From an uncultured Saprospiraceae bacterium (GTDB taxonomy: Bacteria; Bacteroidota; Bacteroidia; Chitinophagales; Saprospiraceae), in the NCBI GenBank assembly GCA_938018185.1, contig CALIIW010000141.1, forward strand, positions 2,041 through 66,040: a stretch of 64,000 bases of DNA. The letters run 5' to 3'. A program made the translations under genes and the position numbers. Below the pieces are notes generated by a model. The model was not told the origin of the DNA, did no database searches, and saw only the letters and a list, made by a program, of their open reading frames with translations. Within the stretch, counting starts at the first letter, position 1; each line of letters opens with the position of its first letter. Positions 18,701 to 24,169 of this stretch are shown here, piece by piece.

Positions 18701-18890
18701 AATTTATGATCGATGGGGTGAATTGGTTTTTGAAAATAAAGATTTCAAATTAAATGACATCAATAGTGGGTGGAACGGTAATTTTAGAAATAAAGAAATG
18801 GAGGCCGGAGTATATGTATGGTACCTTGAAGTTGAATTTTTAGATGGAACGATGTTTTCATTAAAAGGATCAACTACGCTCATAAGATAA
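12741..18890 (+). CDS. giant SprB-like T9SS substrate (type B CTD): CUB-like module, PKD domain, two P-domains, 13 SprB repeats
   Basis: 2049 aa with a TTG start and signal peptide (FSICCFTAYSQ). PKD motif: WDFGDGTIGFGKTASHTYQDAGGYTVQV. P-domain-like segments: KDIQVILVCPNGTEI...NGEWTIRVED and EDLQLILIAPSGQ...NGDWSLQVSD...VRWSITF. C-terminus: VPTAFTPNNDNNNDILIVHG...YDRWGELVF...GWNG. Confidence 0.85.
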   Translation: MTIRLLSLLFFSICCFTAYSQNYIMDGSDIDDCSGNFYDSGGSFNRYSHDEDFSTTICPDGTDGTHIQLYLIYLDLSFGDEMCFYDGPNTSSPLIACSDVFPSNGPYYIEATAPNTTGCLTVTFTSNDQGLGDGWEAQINCVPACQNIVAELSSSDPISVPAINGWIDICQGETIEFVAEGIYPQSGQVYNQSDASSNFIWDFGDGTIGFGKTASHTYQDAGGYTVQVKIVDNQGCQSRNFINQRVRVSTTPTFEFTTDFPDEICAGDTIRVENNIFDSNSDMMVTSYEGAFSIGGISSDSFPLPDGDGVAYENGITFGEFTPGQIITSRNDLKSICINIEHSYMKDIQVILVCPNGTEIILQNHVGNFKEIFLGVPFEGDEGAAEPTPGGGYTYCWTPDPEFETWNEEALFLDERTSLPEGNYTSFESFNGFIGCPLNGEWTIRVEDHFALDNGWVFSWNICFADYLIPDIETFTPGIVDWGWEDNPAIIYSDQDYMLTAPNQAGTTNYVFTVTDEFGCQYDTTIALNVLPSTHPDCLECSEIVGSSDDEVLCEGDSLFIDVEYLGLSGNSIPYQVSPNIEFGAASNPPSNPLESIISVAGLSPGNIIDVYQDVLEVCVDIETDATEDLQLILIAPSGQSMRLATNVGGTGDNFFQTCFTTDLTAPPIGSGTAPFTGSFQPEDPWTNLNGAFQNGDWSLQVSDAFGPIDVNTLVRWSITFNAANDVDFFWLNATGLSCSNCPNPVAVPTSDAQYIVRVTDGFGCVGFDTINVSVLPLLGPTQLTAVTNNPGEIEYTWNPIPNATAYEVNINNTGWISPNNGIFSHLVTGLDLGEDITFWVRGVTDPNICDSDITILFLEYDTCLWTAAPVVISDVQCFGQSDAVISANVFNVQGAPTYTLDGILTQDISLFNNVSSGYHFIVIEDPVGCLDTVEFNLVDPPPITIDTMTTPVSCFGLNDGTLYAAGMGGVGDFEYVWSTTPPTFDSTAVGVYAGNYSVTVQDANGCTASETVTVISPDRTRVTASGTDPSCNGGSDGILNAVAEDGTPPYIYNWGNGPTGPTINASAGTYTVMVTDASGCTAQASVVLDEPDPGFAQGTSTDTKCYNTKDGTGTIIEEGNGPWTYSWDDPNTQTTQTATNLAPGVYNFTVSDVDGCNFIGSVTIGAPQELMGEAIAFMATCFDKPDGRTLASANGGVEPYAYLWSDPNSQSTAEATGLLAGIYTVTITDDEGCTNVQSAEVLQPDPIQINIVSTFASCVEVADGTAAATATGGNGSYSFQWNDNASSTTSNISDLAVGIYTLTVTDTNDCTGVETVEITADNALMIDTIVGQSVSCFGLNDGQAIAFVNGGTAPLSYDWDDPLEQLSNPAINLIAGDYSLTVTDDNGCSDVGIVVIEEPDLFQGEIVDLIPVLCRGENTGAVSVTAGGGTLPYAFAWSNSDMDSVAQNLIAGTYTVVVTDANNCSFTAMATIEEPETLVEAEVEQTFIGCFGSSTGVAEITAQNGTGPNYTHTWSHNFVGNIASDLAVGEYYITTSDENLCETYDTIVIVELEPITASLIKARPSCYSFGDGLVGVNSVVGGAGDGSFASYNYSWRHDPNNNTELLEDLFGDTMYYVTITDDLGCMYEDSIFLDEPKQIQMNLTIEDPSCFGYNDGSITVDSICGDEEIVSYEWCTGEINEPLRENLYSGACAVTIVDAKGCKVISIVELKDPPPLEVSFDNTDNDCSQDEDGEITVYPFGGTPPYSVEWSTGSTDNTISNLPNGVYEITIIDSNGCEMIGMDSIVSPAPLAAFIDTENVKCFGDSNGSIEITANGGLGPYQFSFDGEDYSSINRRVGLPAGPYSIFVRDLRGCVFETLIQIGTPPELNISAGEDIFIQIGEELELMADGWNGNGSIEYSWSSQDDNSLSCVICCCPTVAPLVTSTYKVVGVDENGCSAEALITVFVQKEPNVVVPTAFTPNNDNNNDILIVHGKSKSIDHVELFRIYDRWGELVFENKDFKLNDINSGWNGNFRNKEMEAGVYVWYLEVEFLDGTMFSLKGSTTLIR
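15348..18335 (+). repeat. 13 tandem SprB-type repeats, period about 76-77 aa
   Basis: C[FY]G..DG-like starts at aa 878, 955, 1032, 1106, 1182, 1259, 1337, 1415, 1491, 1567, 1651, 1728 and 1803. Each unit has GG..PY.Y.W and Y.V.V.D.nGC motifs. Hand-counted. Confidence 0.75.
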
Positions 18891-18906
18891 TTGAAAATAA
18901 GAAAAG

Positions 18907-19965
18907 ATGAAAAAAATTATCTGGATTATTGCTTTGTTAGGATTCGTTTTTCAAAACGGACTGTTAGCCCAATCTCCAGATCCTAGATTTTCTCAATTCT
19001 ATGCTTCTCCCTTGCATCTGAATCCTGCTATGAATGGTGTGTTTAATGGAACCATCAGAGTAGTAGCAAATTATAGAGATCAATGGGCTAGTGTATTGGA
19101 TACGGATCCATTTAGAACCATAGGTTTTAGTTTTGATTATAGACATAACATTGTATCGGATGATTATTTTGCTGCAGGTATTAGCCTAATGGGCGATCAA
19201 GCTGGAACAACAAACTTGCAACATACAAGAGGTCATGTCAACCTATCTTATTTGAAAAAACTAAGTGGTCATGATTATAATAAAGAAGCTCAATACCTTA
19301 TTGCTGGTGGACAAATAGGAGTAGGTCAAAGTTTTATTGATTACTCTGATGTCTGGTTTACCTCTCAATTTGATATGTCCAAAGAAGAGATTGATTTCAC
19401 ACTAAACTCAAATGAGAACATTTCGGATAATAGCAATCTGTATACAGATATCAATGCAGGATTAATGTGGTATGGTGTATTCGATGAGGACTTTAGCATT
19501 TATTTTGGTGGAGCAATCAATCATTTGAATAGACCAAAGTTTACATTTTTAGATGACTTTACGGAAGAGATGTATGCGAGATGGGTGGTTCACGCTGGCG
19601 CGCAAATACCATTGTCGAGAGAATTAAGTATTTTGCCTGGTGCTGTATACATGTTACAAGGGCCTTCAAATTCTTTAATTTTCGGAACAAACTTTAGATA
19701 TTCAAATCAGGATTGGAGAGAACTAGCAATAAGAATTGGTACTTGGCTACACACAGCTAATGAACTAGAAGGAAGTACTTTGTCTGATGCACTAGTGGTC
19801 AATGGAGTTATTGAGTATGAACAACTACAATTTGGTTTTAGTTATGATTTTAATTTATCTTCTTTAAAAGATGCTACATTGGGAAGAGGAGGTTTTGAAT
19901 TGTCAGTGATTTATGTTTCTAAACCAACAAGCCCTAAGCGTAAGGTAAATTGTCCTAAGTTTTAA
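18907..19965 (+). CDS. type IX secretion system membrane protein, PorP/SprF family
   Basis: 352 aa. Signal peptide followed by the family N-terminal motif DPRFSQFYASPLHLNPAMNG. 16 nt downstream of the type B CTD gene. Confidence 0.85.
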   Translation: MKKIIWIIALLGFVFQNGLLAQSPDPRFSQFYASPLHLNPAMNGVFNGTIRVVANYRDQWASVLDTDPFRTIGFSFDYRHNIVSDDYFAAGISLMGDQAGTTNLQHTRGHVNLSYLKKLSGHDYNKEAQYLIAGGQIGVGQSFIDYSDVWFTSQFDMSKEEIDFTLNSNENISDNSNLYTDINAGLMWYGVFDEDFSIYFGGAINHLNRPKFTFLDDFTEEMYARWVVHAGAQIPLSRELSILPGAVYMLQGPSNSLIFGTNFRYSNQDWRELAIRIGTWLHTANELEGSTLSDALVVNGVIEYEQLQFGFSYDFNLSSLKDATLGRGGFELSVIYVSKPTSPKRKVNCPKF

Positions 19966-19997
19966 GAGATAAGATATTCATTCTAATTTTCTTTCTT

Positions 19998-21128
19998 TTA
20001 AAGAAAGGAAGATAAATACCCTAAGACTGCTCCAAGAATTACTATCCATAAGGCATTAACTTTTTTTCCAGAAAAATAGACTAAAAAACTAATGGCTGAG
20101 ATTGCAGCTAATTTCCAGTTTAAGATTCCATCTTGTATTAAAATACTTTTTGCCATAATAAGGGTTACAACAACCATGACTGCTACTGCAGCAACATTTA
20201 CTGCCTGCAAGAAAAAGGAAAGTTGTTTATTCTTTTTCATTTTTGGAATTAATGGATTTAGCAGCCAAACATATAAAAAGGAAGGAAGAAAAATTCCCAA
20301 GGTGGCTAATATTGCTCCTTGAAATCCTCCCAGTTTATAACCAATGAAAGTTGCTGTTGACAAGACCGGACCTGGTGTGATCTGTCCAACTGCAATTGCT
20401 TCGACCAACTCATTGTGTGTGAGGCCCCATTCTGGATTAATGAATTCTCCATCCAAATAAGCAAAGAGTACATAGCCAGAACCAAATAGTACAGCACCAA
20501 CTTTTAAGAATACTAAGAAAAGATTTAAATAGCTTAAACCAGTTTTAGTAAAAAATAATAAAGGGATAAATAGAAAACTATTTAAAGTTTGCCTTGATTT
20601 GATAGAATAATTCACAAGCATGTAAAGTAACCCCGCCGTTAAAATACACAAGATTTCATTGACCCCAAGAAAGGCAGCTACAATGACCAGCAATCCTACT
20701 AGCATCAAGTAGTTATTCTTAACAGCCTTTTTCCCAAGTTTTAATATGGCAGCAACTATAAAGGATAATACAGCAGCTTTAATGCCATCAATAATAGGAA
20801 TTACCCAAGCGATCTCACTGATTTTTTCAAAAAATACAGCAACAATCAATGTTAGAATTACGGCAGGTACTATGAATGATATTCCTGCTACAAATAAACC
20901 CAAGGGACCACCTCTATGATACCCACAATGCATGGTCATCTCAGTCGAGTTTGGACCAGGAATTAGATTGGTCGCTCCCATGTAATCCAGAAATTCTTCC
21001 TCTGACAACCATTTTTTGTCTTCAACAAGATCAGCTTCCATCATGGCAACATGAGCCGCTGGGCCTCCAAAAGCTACAACTCCTAATCTGAAAAAGTATT
21101 TAAAGATCTCTGCGATTTTATTATTCAA
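19998..21128 (-). CDS. chrA: chromate transporter ChrA
   Basis: 376 aa polytopic membrane protein with duplicated CHR motifs (FRLGVVAFGGPAAHVAMM and FLKVGAVLFGSGYVLFAYL). TTG start overlaps the upstream stop (TTGA). Confidence 0.85.
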   Translation of the reverse strand: MNNKIAEIFKYFFRLGVVAFGGPAAHVAMMEADLVEDKKWLSEEEFLDYMGATNLIPGPNSTEMTMHCGYHRGGPLGLFVAGISFIVPAVILTLIVAVFFEKISEIAWVIPIIDGIKAAVLSFIVAAILKLGKKAVKNNYLMLVGLLVIVAAFLGVNEILCILTAGLLYMLVNYSIKSRQTLNSFLFIPLLFFTKTGLSYLNLFLVFLKVGAVLFGSGYVLFAYLDGEFINPEWGLTHNELVEAIAVGQITPGPVLSTATFIGYKLGGFQGAILATLGIFLPSFLYVWLLNPLIPKMKKNKQLSFFLQAVNVAAVAVMVVVTLIMAKSILIQDGILNWKLAAISAISFLVYFSGKKVNALWIVILGAVLGYLSSFL

Positions 21129-21757
21129 GATGGTAAGTTTATTTTGATTTGCTCAAAAATATAAAAAATTTCCGTTCCAATTTGCTTCACTCTTTCGTCA
21201 TATGAGGCAGTCTCTTTGTCTGTGTCATCAGCAACTTTTGGATCTTTATACTTTAAAGCTAATCTTTGCTTTGCTTGAGGAATGAATGGGCAATTTTCAT
21301 CTGCATCAGAACAAACCATCACTGCAATTGAGCCGATGGAAGGATTGAAAGGGTCATCGTATTTTTTGGAAAAAGTAATGATCGGTTGCTGTTCTTTTGA
21401 GTAAAATAAAAAACTCATAGGATTATCTTCTCCCTTAGTCAAAATTTTATAACCTGTCCGTGACAAAGCCGCAATAGCCCGCTCATTAAAAGCAGTAGAT
21501 TCACTGCCTCCTGAATAAGACAATATATTTAATCCAAAATAGTTGGCAGCTGTATGAGACCAGACCTGCGCAATTTGACTTCTTCTTGAATTATGAGTGC
21601 AGATATAATTCAATTTAACAAACCCTGTTTCTTCAAGCTCATCAAATATCTTTTCCGCTATGTTATCTAAAATATCAATGCGGATAGCAGATAATGCATC
21701 AAAATTGAATTGTTCTACATACTTTTCAATCGGAGGAAAAAGGTTAAATGAATTCAT
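21125..21757 (-). CDS. low-molecular-weight phosphotyrosine phosphatase / ArsC(Trx)-like protein
   Basis: 210 aa. CX5R(S) P-loop CTHNSRRSQ and a downstream Cys pair VMVCSDADENCP, as in thioredoxin-coupled arsenate reductases. Has an N-terminal extension of about 50 aa. Confidence 0.65.
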   Translation of the reverse strand: MNSFNLFPPIEKYVEQFNFDALSAIRIDILDNIAEKIFDELEETGFVKLNYICTHNSRRSQIAQVWSHTAANYFGLNILSYSGGSESTAFNERAIAALSRTGYKILTKGEDNPMSFLFYSKEQQPIITFSKKYDDPFNPSIGSIAVMVCSDADENCPFIPQAKQRLALKYKDPKVADDTDKETASYDERVKQIGTEIFYIFEQIKINLPS

Positions 21758-21948
21758 TTTATGAGATGTCTGTTTCGCTGCAAAGATAATTTTCCTAGCG
21801 CTTTTTAAAGATAAGTAGGCTGTTTTTTCTCCATAGGAATGTCATTTTTAGCAGCTTTCATTGATTAAGGATTACAGTTCAATTGATATTCAATAAACTT
21901 ATATGTGTTGGTCGTATTATTCAAACCAATGCACCCTCTGAATCGCCG

Positions 21949-21985
21949 CATCTTTGAATCATCAATAACAAATAAAATATTTATC
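21949..21985 (+). promoter_or_regulatory. conserved promoter/leader block of lipoprotein paralog A (-7-like CATCTTTG plus 29-nt leader)
   Basis: CATCTTTG-N29-ATG. The same box and identical 29-nt spacing occur at 22702 and 23494. The sequence is nearly identical in all three copies. Confidence 0.4.
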
Positions 21986-22498
21986 ATGAAAAAAGTAACC
22001 TTGTTTTTAGCTGTTTTAATTTTTGCTACATCACTAACTTCTTGTTATGAAGATGATTTTTCACCTGTTGGACCGGTTGCAGCTGTCGCTGTTGGTGCCG
22101 TTCTAGTTATTTGGGCTTTGTCTGGCAAGGTAACACAAGAAATTCCACTAGCCACTGCACCAGAAATTTATCAGTTAAGTGATGATTTTGAAGTTAACTA
22201 TGTGGGAAACGTATTAACTATTAACACTTCCTTTACCAAAGGTGGTCAATTGCAAATGGAAATAAATCAAAGTGAAGAAGGAGAAAAATGGTACGTCTCT
22301 GATCTTTCATTTGAAAACAATAAAGCTATGCAAAACAGATTCGATATCAGTCCATCAGACCCAACAAATTTAGCTATTCTAAAATTTGATCAAGTCACAA
22401 AGGAAATAGAATTAAATTTTGACTTGGTCATCCAAGATCTTATGGAGCAAACCTCTATGCCTATGAATATCTCCTATGAAGGGAATTATGGTCAATAG
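21986..22498 (+). CDS. small lipoprotein, paralog A of a tandem triplet (function unknown)
   Basis: Start set at the ATG of MKKVTLFLAVLIFATSLTSC (lipobox LTSC), not the GTG at 21905. Acidic residues follow the Cys (CYEDD). Shares motifs with paralogs B and C. Confidence 0.65.
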   Translation: MKKVTLFLAVLIFATSLTSCYEDDFSPVGPVAAVAVGAVLVIWALSGKVTQEIPLATAPEIYQLSDDFEVNYVGNVLTINTSFTKGGQLQMEINQSEEGEKWYVSDLSFENNKAMQNRFDISPSDPTNLAILKFDQVTKEIELNFDLVIQDLMEQTSMPMNISYEGNYGQ

Positions 22499-22530
22499 AA
22501 ATAGAGCTGAGTTTTATGAGTTTATTATTA

Positions 22531-22565
22531 ATCCGACGTGCAAGTTTTTGTGCGTCGGTTTTTTC
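22531..22565 (+). terminator. rho-independent terminator of paralog A
   Basis: CCGACGTGC-loop-GTGCGTCGG followed by TTTTTT. Homologous to the hairpins after paralogs B and C. Confidence 0.7.
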
Positions 22566-22701
22566 TTACGTTTAACTTGATAGGATTATGTAAAGAGGTT
22601 TTTGAAATACAACAAATATGCTGCGATTAGTTTTATTTATATTAAATAAAAAGACATGTGTCTGTAACGCCATTTACTTCTAGGAGATCAGGGGCTTGTT
22701 G

Positions 22702-22738
22702 CATCTTTGAAGCATCAATAACAAAAAAAATATTTATC
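22702..22738 (+). promoter_or_regulatory. conserved promoter/leader block of lipoprotein paralog B
   Basis: CATCTTTG-N29-ATG, nearly identical to the blocks at 21949 and 23494. Confidence 0.4.
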
Positions 22739-23251
22739 ATGAAAAAAGTAACATTATGTTTGGCCGTTTTAATCTTTGCTTTATCTAATACCTCTTGTTT
22801 AAAAGAGGAAGATTTTACCTCAGTTGCTCAAGAAGAAGAACTATTGGGTACTATTTATAGCTATGACGTTATGTCAGGAATCGTAGCTCAAGAAATTATA
22901 GTAGAAGGAGAATCCGATATCTATTTATTTAATCAAGATTTCAAGGTGAGCTACAATGCAAAAGTTTTGAAAGTAGATATTTCTTTGAAACTTGGAGGTC
23001 AATTATCAATTGAAGCAAATCAAGAAGAAGACGGATCAGATTGGATAATTTCTGAAATAACCATAGAAAATGATGCTTCGAATCCAAATAGATTTGAAAT
23101 TGATGCATCCGACCAAACAAGTTTAGAGATGTATGATATTAGGCAAGAAATTAATGAAATGAATTTTAAATTAATCTTTACTCTGCAAGATTTAGAAGAG
23201 CAAAGACCTGTTCTTATGAGAGTTTATTTCGATGGGACCTACGAAGAATAG
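22739..23251 (+). CDS. small lipoprotein, paralog B
   Basis: MKKVTLCLAVLIFALSNTSC followed by CLKEED. Conserved islands DF.V.Y, GGQLS.E, EEDGS.W, EN...NRF. The most diverged of the three. Confidence 0.6.
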   Translation: MKKVTLCLAVLIFALSNTSCLKEEDFTSVAQEEELLGTIYSYDVMSGIVAQEIIVEGESDIYLFNQDFKVSYNAKVLKVDISLKLGGQLSIEANQEEDGSDWIISEITIENDASNPNRFEIDASDQTSLEMYDIRQEINEMNFKLIFTLQDLEEQRPVLMRVYFDGTYEE

Positions 23252-23277
23252 ACCTATCTTTGATAAGTATATTACTT

Positions 23278-23311
23278 ATCCGGCGTACATTATTGTGCGT
23301 CGGATTTTTTT
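23278..23311 (+). terminator. rho-independent terminator of paralog B
   Basis: ATCCGGCGTAC-loop-GTGCGTCGGAT plus a T-run. The two G-U pairs fold only in + sense RNA. Confidence 0.75.
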
Positions 23312-23493
23312 GTCTCTAAATATAATATTGATTTCATTTATTCATGCTGGCCTTTAATTGAAATCAAGATTCCTTCACAAGCTATTTTTCAAACATACCT
23401 ATTAAATCATTGCTTTGATTCCTTATATCTATATTAGATAATTTTATATGTGAGCGTGGTCCTATCACCTTCAATCTGTCTATTGAATTGCCG

Positions 23494-23530
23494 CATCTTT
23501 GTATTATCAATAACGAAAAAAATATTTATC
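23494..23530 (+). promoter_or_regulatory. conserved promoter/leader block of lipoprotein paralog C
   Basis: CATCTTTG-N29-ATG, as for paralogs A and B. Confidence 0.4.
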
Positions 23531-24028
23531 ATGAAAAAAGTAACATTGTTTTTAAGCGTTTTAATTTTTGCATTATCATTCACATCATGCACAGATGATG
23601 ATGCACTAGAATTTGGTGTAGGAATTCTTGTTTGGACAATAACAGGAAAAGTTACACAAGACATACCAGAAGCAACTGAGCCTGATACTTACCGATTTAA
23701 TGATGATTTCGCAGTCAGCTTTGATGGGACTAATCTAAAAATAGAAGGTTCTTTTGAGGAAGGAGGTCAACTTTACATGGAAGCAATTGAAAGCGAAGAA
23801 GGGCCAACTTGGATAGTTAAACATGTCTCTATAGAAAATACTAAAACCAAGTCACCAGCGAGATTCAAAGTTGACACATCCGCACCTGCAAAATTAGATG
23901 TCAAGAGGCTGGACTTGCTTTCAAAAGAAATCAATCTGAGTTTTGATCTAATTATTCAAGATGAAGTTGCCCTTTGTTCCATACCAATGGGAGTTTCATT
24001 TGAAGGGGTTTACAAAAAGCCAAACTAA
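23531..24028 (+). CDS. small lipoprotein, paralog C
   Basis: MKKVTLFLSVLIFALSFTSC followed by CTDDD. In my hand alignment about half of positions match paralog A (GKVTQDIP, DDFAVSF, GGQLYME, SEEGPTW, EINLSFDLIIQD). Confidence 0.65.
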   Translation: MKKVTLFLSVLIFALSFTSCTDDDALEFGVGILVWTITGKVTQDIPEATEPDTYRFNDDFAVSFDGTNLKIEGSFEEGGQLYMEAIESEEGPTWIVKHVSIENTKTKSPARFKVDTSAPAKLDVKRLDLLSKEINLSFDLIIQDEVALCSIPMGVSFEGVYKKPN

Positions 24029-24049
24029 AACGATTATCTTATTATTTAG

Positions 24050-24085
24050 ATCCGGCGTACAAAATTTTTGTGCGTCGGATTTTTT
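24050..24085 (+). terminator. rho-independent terminator of paralog C
   Basis: ATCCGGCGTAC-AAAATTTTT-GTGCGTCGGAT plus TTTTT. Confidence 0.75.
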
Positions 24086-24103
24086 ATATTTTGGCACTTA
24101 TAA

Positions 24104-24139
24104 TTTTCCAGTTAAAAAAGGGACTCCAATTAATTGGAA
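24104..24139. terminator. palindromic hairpin flanked by A-run and T-run; likely terminator of the convergent TonB-dependent receptor gene
   Basis: AAAAAAGGGACTCCAATTAATTGGAATCCCTTTTTT with one internal mismatch. It ends 31 nt before the receptor stop codon at 24170. Confidence 0.6.
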
Positions 24140-24169
24140 TCCCTTTTTTAATAATTTAAATTTAAATCC

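Noticed and set aside
21905-21985. GTG-initiated 27-codon N-terminal extensions called by the ORF track for all three lipoprotein paralogs (also 22658 and 23450)
   Set aside because: MKKVTL... followed by a lipobox is a canonical lipoprotein start. A -7-like box (CATCTTTG) lies inside the extension, 29 nt before the ATG, so the extension is probably untranscribed or leader sequence. The frame being open in all three copies is odd and is noted in the finding, but I do not call it coding.
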